NCBI GenBank assembly: GCA_032718475.1
Contig: JAUCBJ010008385.1
Coordinates: forward strand, 1-55,989
From: Nemertoderma westbladi
Lineage: Eukaryota; Animalia; Xenacoelomorpha
Direction: 5' to 3'
Length of the DNA stretch: 55,989 nucleotides
Shown here: piece by piece, positions 26,048-38,627 of the stretch
Layout of the letters: the number at the start of each line of letters is the position of its first letter
Numbering within the stretch: the first letter of the stretch is position 1
Made by a program: the position numbers and the translations under genes
Notes under the pieces: generated by a model
Told to the model about the DNA's origin: nothing
The model's database searches: none
Seen by the model: the letters and a program-made list of their open reading frames with translations, nothing else

Positions 26048-26872
26048 TGGTATATACTTGTGTGTAAACTGTCACAGTCACACCATGATTACCGGTATAT
26101 CAATCAATAATTGATCGGTTTATCTAGGCAAGGACAAAAATATTGAATACCGGTAGGCCGGTATATAAAAAATCGAACGAAAATTTAAAAGTTTATATTT
26201 ATTGATGAACGAAAAATATAAATAAATAAACAAAATAATAAATTTGCATTAAATTCAAATAAAAGAAAGCCCAACAATCTTTAGGCCCATACATATATAT
26301 TTAATTCTGTACTTTCTACCGGTAATTGAATTTCTTTTGTCACTACCGGTCCGGTAGCATAAGGATACCGCGATACCGGTAGGCCTATATTTAGGCCCTA
26401 TTTGTTATGATAATCTGATAATTGCTTCACTACAGACTGACAGAACTACCGGTGGTGCCGAACTAAAACACATTTAAATTATATATATACCAACAAATCA
26501 AGCCTCTAGACTGCCACGAACTGACGAACACTCGGTACCGGTACCGGGTACCCGATCTGATGCATGAAAGTCTATTCATGCTATTGCTATCGCCTACACC
26601 TTACACCGTACAGCCGTACCCCACTGAAGGCTATTGCTGTACCGGTCAGCCAGTCAGCCGGTACCGCGGTACCGCCTGACCGGTCAGCCGGTTGGCGGTA
26701 CCGCAACAGCGGTAGCCTGGTAACGGTAGGCAGTACAGCAGTAGGCCTACCGGTACTGTCAGACTGTCTAACTGTAGGTTACTGCCGTTGCCGTCCCGGT
26801 GACCGGTCAGCCGGACAGCCGGACCTCACTCAGTCAGTCTGTCAGTATCAGTACCCAGTTCTGAAGACTAAC

Positions 26873-27067
26873 CAATACATCCACGTCGAATGAAGGGTTC
26901 CACATCTGGTTCACTACCGTCTATCGTGGCATGGCATGATCCAGTTGTTGTACAAGTTAAATTGCCAGGATACGGAGTCAAAGGGCATTCGTTCTCAGTA
27001 CAAACACAAATAAATGGATTCATTGGTTTCATTGTGAAATGAACTGGACGGTACGGTACGGTAAGTG
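26873..27067 (-). CDS. BMPR1: BMP type I receptor: first ectodomain exon (5' boundary uncertain)
   Basis: ...FICVCTENECPLTPYPGNLTCTTTGSCHATIDGSEPDVEPFIRRGCI has the activin-receptor ectodomain Cys pattern. Donor TTG|GTTAGT is phase 1 and matches the next exon. Several phase-1 acceptors are possible between about 27043 and 27135; TTCAG|C at 27067 was chosen. Confidence 0.85.
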
Positions 27068-27795
27068 CTGAAGTGCAGAACTGCAGAAGTCTAAGCTTGT
27101 AAGCAGTTAACAACAAAAAGCCTGTCAGTATGCCTGCAATGCATGTTAATTGTTCAGTTCACTGTTCAGGGTCCAGGCCAGGGTCAGGCCAGCAGGCAGT
27201 CAAGTGTAAATAATACCGTTCACCATCACCGGTCAGCCGGTACCGGACTAGGCCTACAGCTCAGCTGCAGGACTTACAGACTTCAGGCAGTCAGGACTTA
27301 GCTGCTTGGTGGACTACCGGTATGCAGGACGCAGGTGCTATGCTGCTATGTACAGTACATGCAGTACCGGTACTGTACTACTGCAGTATGCCTGTCTGCA
27401 TGTACGCTGGTTGCTGGTGGTATCCAAGTCTGAAGTAGAGAGATATGAGGGTACAGGGTAGTGGTAGGGCAGTAGCAGTGACGTAACCAGACCATGGCGA
27501 GCCGGGGCCACCTTCCTGGGGCGGCAGCCCCTGGGGGCGGGGGGTGCCCGATCAAGGGGTGCCGAAGGCGCCCCTCATTTATAACACTGAATTTTAAATG
27601 GTTGTGTACAAAACACAGACCCAAGACCCCAGACCCCCAGGTACAAAACACAGACCAAGACCCCAGACCCCCAGGTACAAAACACAGACCCAAGACCCCA
27701 GACCCCCAGGTACAAAACACAGACCCAAGACCCCAGACCCCCAGGTACAAAACACAGACCCCCCCCCCAGGTACAAAACACAGAACCCCCAGGTA

Positions 27796-28848
27796 CCCAG
27801 CAGCGGTCCTCCCGCTGCTGGGAAAAAGGGAGGTCGACATAAGACGGCTTGGAGACCACAGTCAGTAAATGCTATTCCACCAAGTGGTAGTAGCACAGAT
27901 GATATACAGTCATTTCCAGGGCGTCCATTTACTGAAGTCTATCATAATGACTTGCCCATTACATTGTGTTTCCTAACTGATGAACCATCAGCCCTTCATT
28001 GTCAACAATGTAAACTAAACTTTCCACGGCGGCAGCTCATTCGGCCATATGATATAGTGTTCTATCACTTTGAAAGATGGATGTATCCCCATCCATCGAT
28101 TCCCTCTTCCACTTTGAAAGATGGATGTATCCCCATCCATCGATTCCCTCTTCCACTTTGAAAGATGGATGTATCCCCATCCATCGATTCCCTCTTCCAC
28201 TTTGAAAGATGGATGTATCCCCATCCATCGATTCCCTCTTCCACTTTGAAAGATGGATGTATCCCCATCCATCGATTCCCTCTTCCACTTTGAAAGATGG
28301 ATGTATCCCCATCCATCGATTCCCTCTTCCACTTTGAAAGATGGATGTATCCCCATCCATCGATTCCCTCTTCCACTTTGAAAGATGGATGTATCCCCAT
28401 CCATCGATTCCCTCTTCCACTTTGAAAGATGGATGTATCCCCATCCATCGATTCCCTCTTCCACTTTGAAAGATGGATGTATCCCCATCCATCGATTCCC
28501 TCTTCCACTTTGAAAGATGGATGTATCCCCATCCATCGATTCCCTCTTCCACTTTGAAAGATGGATGTATCCCCATCCATCGATTCCCTCTTCCACTTTG
28601 AAAGATGGATGTATCCCCATCCATCGATTCCCTCTACTAACATACCATCGAACAAACTTACTAAGAAGTTTTACTGCGTAAGGTGGGACTGCATATTTAA
28701 GCGATTTCCATACGTCAGTGATCAGTTATCACTCCCGCAGGAAGGTGAAGAACTTCATCCCCGATTGGCTGCTTCACATGTCTTTTTACTTAAGAGAACG
28801 AATTCGATATTGACATTCCAATTCCAACCTAAGGTAGGCATGACATAA
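27796..28848 (+). pseudogene. Coding remnant inside the MULE-like element (Cys/His putative zinc-binding C-terminal domain), interrupted by a 44-bp array
   Basis: Collapsing the array gives ...AAGKKGG...LHCQQCKLNFPRRQLIRPYDIVFYHFERWMYPHPSIPSTNIPSNKLTKKFYCVRWDCIFKRFPY...; both halves are in the same frame. Confidence 0.6.
28066..28635. repeat. 44-bp perfect tandem repeat, 13 copies
   Basis: Unit cactttgaaagatggatgtatccccatccatcgattccctcttc with an internal 8-bp stem gatggatg/catccatc. Confidence 0.97.
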
Positions 28849-29569
28849 CGAAACGAAACGAAAGACATGAAATTTTCTATGAAATTTTCGTCTGTGGTCT
28901 GTGTTTTGTACCTGGGGGTGTCTGTGTTTTGTACCTGGGGGGTCTGTGTTTTGTACCTGGGGGTGTCTGTGTTTTGTACCTGGGGGGTCTGTGTTTTGTA
29001 CCTGGGGGGGGGGGTCTGTGTTTTGTACCTGGGGGTCTGTGTTTTGTACCTGGGGGGGTCTGTGTTTTGTACCTGGGGGGGGGGGTCTGTGTTTTGTATC
29101 TGGGGGGGTCTGTGTTTTGTACCTGGGAGGGTCTGTGTTTTGTACCTAGGGGGGTCTGTGTTTTGTACCGGGGGGGGGTCTGTGTTTTGTACCTGGGGGG
29201 TCTGTGTTTTGTACCTGGGGGGGTCTGTGTTTTGTACCTTGGGGGGTCTGTGTTTTGTACCTGGGGGGGTCTGTGTTTTGTACCGGGGGGGTCTGTGTTT
29301 TGTACCTGGGGGGTCTGTGTTTTGTACCTGGGCGGTCTGTATTTTGTACCTGGGGGGGGGTCTGTGTTTTGTACCTGGGAGGGTCTGTGTTTTGTACCTA
29401 GGGGGGGTCTGTGTATTGTACCGGGGGGGGGGTCTGTGTTTTGTACCTGGGAGGGTCTGTGTTTTGTACCTGGGGGGGTCTGTGTTTTGTACCTGGGGGG
29501 GTCTGTGTTTTGTAACTGAGGGTATGGGGTCTTGGGTCTGTGTTTTGTACACAACCCATTTTAAATGAT

Positions 29570-30588
29570 ACTAACGGTTAGCTGTGGCCCTTCGGGCCAC
29601 AGCTTTCTAGTAATCGTGCAGAGGATATACAGTGAGTATGAATATGTGTTGAGAAATGTGTCGCAGATTGGAGAACTACAACGAAACAGACACCATCATA
29701 AAATAAAACACCGCCCCATAGGAGATAACTGTCAAGTTTCAACTTTAGCTTCAGCTTATTGTAAATAACCTAATTTCGAGAAAATGATCACTTTCGGACA
29801 TTTTACCCTCTACCTGCAGACTGCGACTGGTGAAATGCAGATGGCGCTGCAGTTATGTAAAGATGGAGTTTATGGTGAAGTGAAGTAAGATGCCTGCTTG
29901 TCAAGTTCCAGCTTAAACAGATGTAAACAAGAAAATTTCGTGAAAAAGTTCACTTTCAGACATTTCGCCCTCTAGCTGAAGACTGGGGAACTATAGACGA
30001 CTCAGCGACTCCGTAAAGATTGAGCCTATGCTGTAGTAGATACCTACCAAAGTTTCAGCTGAAAAGAATTAAAAACAACCAAATGAGATCAGGTTTTCAC
30101 TACCAGACAATTCGCCCTCTAGCGGCAGACGGGGGAACTGTATACGATTCTAAGACTCCGTAAAGGTACAGGCTATGCTGTAATATATGCATACCATGTT
30201 CCAGTCCAAACGGATTGTAAATAACAAAGTTGGAGAAGGTGGTCACTTTCAGTGATTTCGCCCTCTAGCGGCAGACTGGAGAAATGCAGATTTATCTGCG
30301 TCTCTGTAAAAATGCAGCCTTTGCTAAATTAGACACCTGCAAAGTTTTATCTTAAACGGATTGTAAGTAACAAAGTTAGAGAAGATTTTCAATTAAGACA
30401 ATTCACCCTCTAGCGGCAGATGGTGGAACTTCAGATGGCTCTGAATATTACGTAGCAACGAGTTAGGGTGAGACCTTTCTAACGAGCTATAGCAAGCGAG
30501 ATTTCATCGAGATGGGTTTGATTGTATAGCCGATGACAAACAGACACGCAGACAATGGATTTTTATATACCGGTATATTAGATTAGAT
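29570..30588 (-). mobile_element. Possible non-autonomous Helitron-like element with degenerate internal repeats of about 150 bp
   Basis: GC hairpin agctgtggcc-cttcg-ggccacagct next to CTAG at 29580-29610. Motif ttcgccctctagcggcagact recurs about every 150 bp (29800-30420). Ends in acagac...ttatat...tagat, like the ends at about 31882 and 53303. Confidence 0.45.
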
Positions 30589-31700
30589 AAAATAATAATA
30601 ATACAGTAAGTAGGCCTACAGAAATAATCACTTTACTACAGTAAAAAATAAAATATCTAAAATGTTATAAACCTCTCCTTCCATGCAGCCATTGATTGAG
30701 AAAGCAGAATTACTCTTAGACAGTTCGCAACAGACAACCCACCCCAATCAACACTCCAGCCTGGCTTGCTCCTTATCTGTGCCCAGCTAGCTGCGAGTTC
30801 AATAATTACTGTACCTAACGTTGCTATGATACAGAAAAAAATTCACTAACAATAGGCCAATTCGATCGTGCTTGGCGAATATGACATATTTGTTAAAAAA
30901 AAAATTAAAACTAAAACACTATTTGATTTTTAATCAATAAATAATCATACAAATTTATATTAAACACTCGAATAAAATAAAAACTTTGTGAGAATAGGAC
31001 ACGGCGAATCTACTCATGTTAATTTTATACCAGGTGGGATAAATGTTAGCCCTCTAAATAATTAATTACCGATAGAAGAACCGAAATAATTCGATAAATT
31101 TCGCCCGAACGAACACAAAATACGCATTCACGCAAACAAACGTGTAAAATAAAACCCGGAGACAGTGACAGCTGTCTGCATCGTGTTAATACGCATCAAA
31201 TGAGCCACAAAGCAAGTGTGAGAGTTCACCCCAGGTCCCGGGATTCAGGGTCGATATGGTTTGTCGTAAATATACAATTTCTTAAAGTTACAGACTTTAT
31301 TTTCATTTGCTAAAAGTATCAGCGACAATACATACGGAAATACTACATAAATACAAAAACAAAACCTACACCAACCCACAACCTCACACTCTACACTCTC
31401 GGTATAGTACTGCCTATATCAAACCCCGTGCACAGAGTTCCAAATAGATGTAAACCACAGCTGTTTTACCTGTTAAGTGAATACAGGCTGTTAGCGGTAA
31501 GCCTAACAATAGGCTGTTAAGTGACTACAGGCTGTTAGCGGTAAGACTAACAATAGAGTGACACATTTCCCTCTGGGTCCACAATAGAGCTCTGCACAAT
31601 ATCCCAAATCAACTCAACCAATATCCCCAGGATGAGGCAGCCTATGAGACGTACTATCACACAAGTAGTGAGAGCGAAATCTGACGACGTGTATCGATGG

Positions 31701-31855
31701 ACATACATACATACATACATACATACATACATACATACATACATACATACATACATACATACATACATACATACATACATACATACATACATACATACAT
31801 ACATACATACATACATACATACATACATACATACATACATACATACATACATACA
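31701..31855. repeat. (ACAT)n microsatellite
   Basis: About 38 perfect copies, followed by a tttatatatattagat terminus resembling that at about 30583. Confidence 0.98.
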
Positions 31856-31930
31856 AACTGAGCAGATTTATATATATTAGATAAATCTAGAAAATTATTT
31901 CTATCTTGCGAAATTTAGATATTAAATTTA

Positions 31931-32072
31931 TGTCTGAGTGTAGGTTGGTGGACTTACTGTCTGAGTGTAGGTTGGTGGACTTACTGTCTGAGTGTAGGTT
32001 GGTGGACTTACTGTCTGAGTGTAGGTTGGTGGACTTACTGTCTGAGTGTAGGTTGGTGGACTTACTGTCTGA
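31931..32072. repeat. 27-bp tandem repeat, about 5 copies
   Basis: Unit tgtctgagtgtaggttggtggacttac. Confidence 0.95.
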
Positions 32073-33114
32073 CTGTTGTAGCATTGTTGGCTATTTTAGG
32101 ACTCGTAATTTGTTTACATCCGACTTACCGTATTTCTTCGAATAAGAGCCCACCCCTCGAATAAACGCTCCCTGACCATCCTCATCCAAGCATCTTAATT
32201 AAACGCCTTCCGCGAATAAACGCCACGGCGTTTATCAATATGTATTTCACCATGGACTGGAATATAAGGTCGACCCCCCCCCCCCCCCCCCCCCATAAAA
32301 AAAACTTCGCCAAATCGCAGTGATATTTAGTGATTAATTTATTTTTATTTTCTTACATTTTTATACTGTACATCTGTAATAATTTAAAATCCAATTAGTT
32401 ATAGCATATTGATGTAATTATAAGTAAAGCGCAACATCTTTGCTTACAAGAACATATGTAATAATAATGTTATAATTTTTAATAAAATTAGGTAAGGTAG
32501 ACAGGTTATATTAACACCTTCAATAAGAAAAAGGCTCGTAAGGTTGCCATTAATAAATATTTTAGTTCTTAAATTGTTACTTTTTCGCTCGAATTTAGAC
32601 CAAAATCGGGAGAAAAAGTTTCACTTTTATTCCCTAGGGAAAAAAGTAAACCCATAGGATTGCATTGATTTTACTTTTTTCCTAGCGAAAAAAGTAAAAT
32701 CAAATATTTTTGGTGGAATTTCTCAAATTTTATTAAATGTGTTGAAAGAGCATTGACGTAGAAATGGGTTGCACGTAATTTGAGAAAAATCCATTCACAT
32801 ACTCAAAAGTTATTGCAACTTTAGTGTCTGTAAGGCGAACTCCAAAACGGAACTCAATATCCAATATTGGTTTATGTTGTTAAGCGGCTCTCTAGGTACA
32901 TAATAAATATTTGATAACACTGAATTATTTAACGTTGAGTAAGGTAGCATCTGGAGTTGAAGAATACAGTAATTTAAATTGCAGTAACTATGGAAGCAAT
33001 AGAGTACCAGGTAGGTAGGTATAATACTATAGTTCAATTTAATTTGTACCTCTATATCGCTGTACGTTTAAAGAATTAAGCAACAAAAAGTACCAATTTA
33101 AGGATAAAATTACG

Positions 33115-33246
33115 TATTACATGGGAAAAAAACGTATAACTTTTTTTCAATATTGTCTCGACCCATTATTAACCTTGCTGATGCTCGATAAATAAAATGC
33201 CTCGAGAATAGTGAAAAAAAGTTATACTTTTTTTTCCCATGTAATA
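33115..33246. repeat. Short imperfect inverted repeat (MITE-like hairpin)
   Basis: tattacatgggaaaaaaacgtataacttttttt ... aaaaaaagttatactttttttcccatgtaata. Confidence 0.8.
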
Positions 33247-33473
33247 AATAATTAAAATTTTCGCTTCTTATTGTTAATGGGGGGGGGGGGGGGGGTAGGG
33301 GGCGGCTTATCAAATAAAAAACCTAGGTAATGTTTAGAATTTAAAGAAAGCCTAGGCTTTGTTAAAAAAAAGCCTGATTCCACAGAAAGCCGCTGACACA
33401 TACACCATGTCCTGAAATATAGTGTTGTTATTCAGGTACCTGAAGTTTGAAGTTAATTTAATGACGCATTAAA

Positions 33474-34425
33474 ACACGTCGTGGGGGCCTTCGCGCAGCA
33501 CGAGGCTCAGTTATGAGATTGGCATACAAATTAAAATTTGGCAATTCTATCACAAAATCGGTATTTAAGAAATTATCCAAACCGCAAATAAATCATTGAG
33601 GGGAAAGTTGCTCGCTTTCAACCCCCTCTTAATCTGCACCCCAACACAAAGGTACACAGAGGATTGATGACAGGCAGGTATTAATAGAAAATTTGTGTTT
33701 TAAAAGTAATATATTTTAGGCGTGGAGGCGACCCAATTTGTACGACATTATAACTTACCTTATGCCGTTTTAGATTGATACTGAAATATTAATTTACTTT
33801 ACCATGTCATAAGCAAGCTGTCTTATTACTCTAGGGCCTCCTAACACTATTGCATGTCCTATATAATTACACCTAGCTGGAATAGTTGTGAGGTGGAACT
33901 GGTTGGACTGATTCCTAGCCCAGCAAACACACCGGACGTGTACTAGCACATATCTGACAAGTACGTTTCAGCTAAATCAATGATTGCACTTTGAGATATT
34001 TCGCCTTCTTGCGGCGGACTAGAGAACTGTAGACGGATGAGCCTCCTTTGAGTGACACAGATAATGATCTAGTACAATATGCCAAGGTTCAGCTAGAACG
34101 GGTTTAAAGTAAAGAAATGTGAGGATATTTAATATCTAGACATGTAGCCCTCTAGCGAGAGACTGATGATTTGATGGTGTCTAAAAGAAAGTCCCTAAAA
34201 AAACTAAACTTATGGTCTAATTGATGTCTACTAATTTTCGAATGGACAGCTTTAAATCCGACGAAGTTATAAGTAAGTCAAAATCGTAGCGACGACGATG
34301 ACATACAGTACCTTTATTGAATGAACTATTTGCCATAATTGACCTACCCCTCTAAAAGATAGCGCCAGTTCGCAAAGGCTCCGCCAACTTCGTGGCTCGG
34401 ACCCTATACCCCATGCTATAAATGT
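33474..34425 (+). repeat. Dispersed repeat of about 950 bp, copy A (inverted partner at 52012-53040)
   Basis: Colinear reverse-complement match, e.g. ccgccaacttcgtggctcggacc at 34381 versus ggtccgagccacgaagttggcgg at about 52034. Confidence 0.93.
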
Positions 34426-35420
34426 ATTCGTTGGATATACAATCATACATTAATCCGCTAGGTGCATGGTGTCAAATTATTATTCTGCAATTTGTTACTT
34501 GTACAGTACAGCACTACCGTACCGGTAAGCCTATGTCATTACTTCGGAGTCTCTAGCGGATCCCCAATTAAATGTCTTAACTTTTCAATTTCGTAAAAGA
34601 TAGACTTTATCATTCTCTACAAGCAATCAAAATGTCAGCTCTGGAAAATGAGGCGTTCCCGAGAAATTTTACATTTTCTAAAAACCACATAATCTGTCGT
34701 AGCTGACATGATTTTTCACCAAACTTTACAAATTTTCTAAACTTTCCCTATACCACTCACCTACTAAGTTTAATAATAATAATATATAATAATATAATAA
34801 TAAATGTACGTTCACACACCATAGTTAGCTAAGATAATATTTATATACACCATTATTTTGAGATATTAACCACCCCAACCACTCTACACAGAAGAATAGC
34901 AAAATCACATTAAAATATTATATTATGTATATAGTAGTCCAAAACGCAGTAATGTAGATTGGCAGTAAAAACGTACAAGTATAGAAAAAAGCATAGCAAA
35001 ATATAATATGTACTGTATGTATGTAGTCTAAAAACATTGCAACATCCGGTATTGTTAAAAGTAAAAACGCACTAAAAACGTATGAGAATAGCAAAAATCA
35101 CATTAAAAAATATATTATGTAAAGTAATCTAAAAACGCAGTAAGGTAGATTGGCAGTAAAAACGTACTATACAGTATAAGTATAGCAATAATCACATTAA
35201 AATATATTATGTACTGTATATAGTCTAAATTAAAATATATTATATTATATACAGTAAATACTCTAAAGACGCAGCAATACATTTTGCAACATGTGGTGAT
35301 GTTAAGAGTATAACGTAGTAATAAAGTACATTATTAATAATAGTTGATTGCAAAAATTCGGAAAAATAGTGAATGCCAAGTAAAACTTTGTATATTGATG
35401 AAATATTGAAAGAAAGATGA

Positions 35421-36624
35421 TGGAGACTGGTGTAAAAGCTTTTGCGGAATTAGCTGGTTATTTTCCCCGCAAAGTACTCTGTAGTTGGTTTAACGGACAT
35501 AAAAAGCCGTTTCCGTACTGTACCGGTGTTTTAATGGACATAAAAAGCCATTTCTGCTGTATGTGTACTTTAGCGGACATAACTAGCAATTTTATGTCGC
35601 AATACGCTAAAATCCTCTTGACACAGTGTAGTTACTATGACGACGGCTAACAGCTGATCTGCACACGTGGAGCTTTTCCTTTGTCTCTTCGTTCGGACAA
35701 CCAATCACAGCGATTCTCCTGTTATTTGTACAGAAACCTCCGGGAAATCGCGCAATGCATTACTGTTTATGTTTACCTTTTTTCCTGATGCCAGAAGACC
35801 GGCTTTCGGAATTTTTGTGGTTTCAGACTTTATCCAAACATTAGTAGGCTTTGGTCATAGAAACGTATAACTGTTACCACATCAAATCACAAGTCACAAC
35901 ACAAGTCCAGTCAGTGTGTCAAATCATATTGTCCACTACAAACACCGCATTTTTACTGCTATTTACTGTCGGTTATTAATTATATCAGTTGATGGAATAT
36001 TATTATATTTGGAATATCGATAAATAATTATAAAACCCTCAATCTTCTTGATATACTGAAGGTAAGAGAGACCGGTTACATATAACAATTGCGACTTACA
36101 TTATATTGGTTTTGGAGTGATTCTAATGCTATTTCATAGGCACTACATGTGTTTGTTGCTGTTCTTTTTATATGTGACTAAAATTAGTGAAGGTCGGCAG
36201 ATCGGTGTACAGCATTGTGTGGTAGTGTGCATGACTGTGACAGATAACAAAGCATCTCCTAAAGAATGCGCTTTATACGTGAATCCATAGCCATCCCGTT
36301 GTGTCTAGTGTAAGTCATAACTCTGTTTACATATTTAGAGCGCCACGTCCTAAAGGAACTGTTAATATTTCCCGAAAGTGAATAATATTGGTCAGAGATT
36401 ATATATTAACAATCAGTCGAATAATACAGTAGGCCTACACCGCAATAAGGTCAAAGCTTCCGAATCCAGTCTCCCGGGTATATCCAGCGGGTGAATGGTC
36501 GCGCATAGACTGGCTTCGGCTAATGTAGTGTATCAAATACTTGTCATAGGCTAAAGACGATCTATTATCTAGAAGACATCTAAATTTGGCAGGTTAAACT
36601 GCTAAAGGTCTGAAAGCGCGAACA
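35421..36624 (+). mobile_element. Non-autonomous element of about 1.2 kb, copy 1 (inverted partner at 39073-40258)
   Basis: Colinear reverse-complement match to 39087-40253 with scattered substitutions; starts ggtgtaaaagcttttgcggaattagc. Confidence 0.85.
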
Positions 36625-36774
36625 ACTGGCATCGTATTCAAATACAAACAAAACTTCATAAAATTGTATTATTAAGGGTGGTGGTGATTTGCAAAATAGA
36701 GTATACAGTACGGTAAGAGAAGTGTATACACAAATAAAAAATATTAAAATATAAGTAATGTCTAAGAGTTAAGC

Positions 36775-37300
36775 TGATATCCTCAAGAGGCAAGCCTCGT
36801 TTTCATGAGTGTCCCATAATATGTTAATAATGTCCTACTGTAATAAAGCAATTTTACGGCAAGTAAGGTGAGAGACGAAAGTAAACGAATTGATATATAA
36901 AAAATTAATAATTAATATTATTAATTTATCAAAAAATAATTAATAATACAGTCCCGCTTTATTTAATAAATAGAAATATAAAAGTATCTAAAAATATTGA
37001 ATAAAAATAATTATATGGTATCTTGATGTCTAAAAATATTAATAAGTGTAGTCTGTAGTACAGTATGGTATCAAAAAGAAAAAGTATATTAAAAATTATA
37101 ATCAGACAACTCTGTCTCTAGAAATTGTCCGTGATAGTGCGATTTAACTGAGTGCTTGAAGGCGTTTAATTAGAGGCTTACGTTTGATATCTTTCGGCAG
37201 GGTGTTCCATAGCTTCGGACCCATGTAGGAGAAGCACCGACTGCCCTTTGCTGTGCCTTTGTGTGGTACGACTGTTCGCAAGTTACTGTCACGCAAGTCT
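36775..37300 (-). mobile_element. 5'-truncated LINE remnant (CR1/L2-like ORF2 C-terminus plus probable 3' UTR)
   Basis: The minus strand at about 37150-37272 reads VVPHKGTAKGSRCFSYMGPKLWNTLPKDIK, the F.Y.GP.LWN.LP..I motif at the end of CR1/L2-clade ORF2. Confidence 0.65.
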
Positions 37301-37326
37301 AGAGATCCAGTGAAGGTCTAGTGAAA

Positions 37327-38627
37327 GTCAATATGAGACTAGTGCCAGGAACGACACTGTGGTGAAAGTGAGACACAAGGTCAATATGAGACTAGTGCCA
37401 GGAACGACACTGTGGTCAAAGTGAGAAACAAAGGTCAATATGAGACTCTAGTGCCAGGAACGACACTGTGGTCAAAGTGAGACACAAAGGTCAATATGAG
37501 ACTCCAGTGCCAGGAACGACATTGTGGTCAAAGTAAGACACAAAGGTCAATATGAGACTAGAGCCAGTAACGACAATATGGTCAGAGTGAGACACAACGG
37601 TCAATATGAGACTCCAGTGCCAGGAACGACATTGTGGTCAAAGTAAGACACAAAGGTCAATATGAGACTAGTGCCAGGACCGACACTGTGGTCAGAGTGA
37701 GACACAAAGGTCAATATGAGACTCTAGTGCCACGAACGACACTGTGGTCAGAGTGAGACACAAAGGTCAATATGAGACTCTAGTGCCATCAACAACACTG
37801 TGGTCAGAGTGAGACACAAAGGTTAATATGAGACTAGTGACAGGAACGACACTGCGGTGAAAGTGAGACACAAGGTCAATATGAGACTAGTGCCAGGAAC
37901 GACACTGTGGTCAAAGTGAGACACAAAGGTTAATATGAGACTAGTGACAGGAACGACACTGTGGTCAAAGTGAGACACAAAGGTGAATATGAGACTAGTG
38001 CCAGGACCGACACTGTGGTCAGAGTGAGACACAAAGGTCAATATGAGACTCTAGTGCCAGAAACGGCACTGTGGTCAGAGTGAGACACAAAGGTCAATAT
38101 GAGACTAGTGCCAGGAACGACACTGCGGTGAAAGTGAGACACAAGGTCAATATGAGACTAGTGCCAGGAACGACACTGTGGTCAAAGTGAGACACAAAGG
38201 TTAATATGAGACTAGTGACAGGAACGACACTGTGGTCAAAGTGAGACACAAAGGTGAATATGAGACTAGTGCCAGGACCGACACTGTGGTCAGAGTGAGA
38301 CACAAAGGTCAATATGAGACTCTAGTGCCAGAAACGGCACTGTGGTCAGAGTGAGACACAAAGGTCAATATGAGACTCTAGTGCCATCAACAACACTGTG
38401 GTAAGAGTGAGACACAAAGGTTAATATGAGACTAGTGACAGGAACGACACTGTGATCAAAGTGAGACACAAAGGTGAATATGAGACTAGTGCCAGGACCG
38501 ACACTGTGGTCAGAGTGAGACACAAAGGTCAATATGAGACTCTAGTGCCATCAACAACACTGTGGTCAGAGTGAGATACAAAGGTCAGTATGAGACTCTA
38601 GTGCCATCAACAACACTGTGGTCAAAG
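37327..38627. repeat. 54-56-bp minisatellite (about 24 copies)
   Basis: Unit gtcaatatgagactagtgccaggaacgacactgtggtcaaagtgagacacaaag; 271-bp higher-order duplication (ORFs at 37823 and 38094). Confidence 0.95.

Larger units (their letters stand above)
27600..29557. mobile_element. Mutator/foldback-like element with a 9-bp target duplication and oppositely oriented subterminal arrays
   Basis: TIR ggttgtgtacaaaacacagacccaagacccca at the left and its reverse complement at the right. ATTTTAAAT at 27591-27599 and 29558-29566. (caggtacaaaacacagacc)n at 27607-27796 versus (ggtctgtgttttgtacctg)n at 28896-29550. Confidence 0.85.

Noticed and set aside
28015-29568. Several ORFs of about 200 aa on both strands
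   Set aside because: Translations of the 44-bp array and the subterminal arrays.
30673-30815. Possible first coding exon of the receptor (ATG GCT GCA TGG AAG GAG AG|GT, minus strand)
   Set aside because: The donor (GTTTAT) is weak and no convincing signal peptide results; cannot be supported without transcripts.
32127-33330. Complete Tc1/pogo-like element starting TA|CCGTATTTCTTCGAATAA
   Set aside because: Only the left terminus is clear; no convincing matching right TIR was found.
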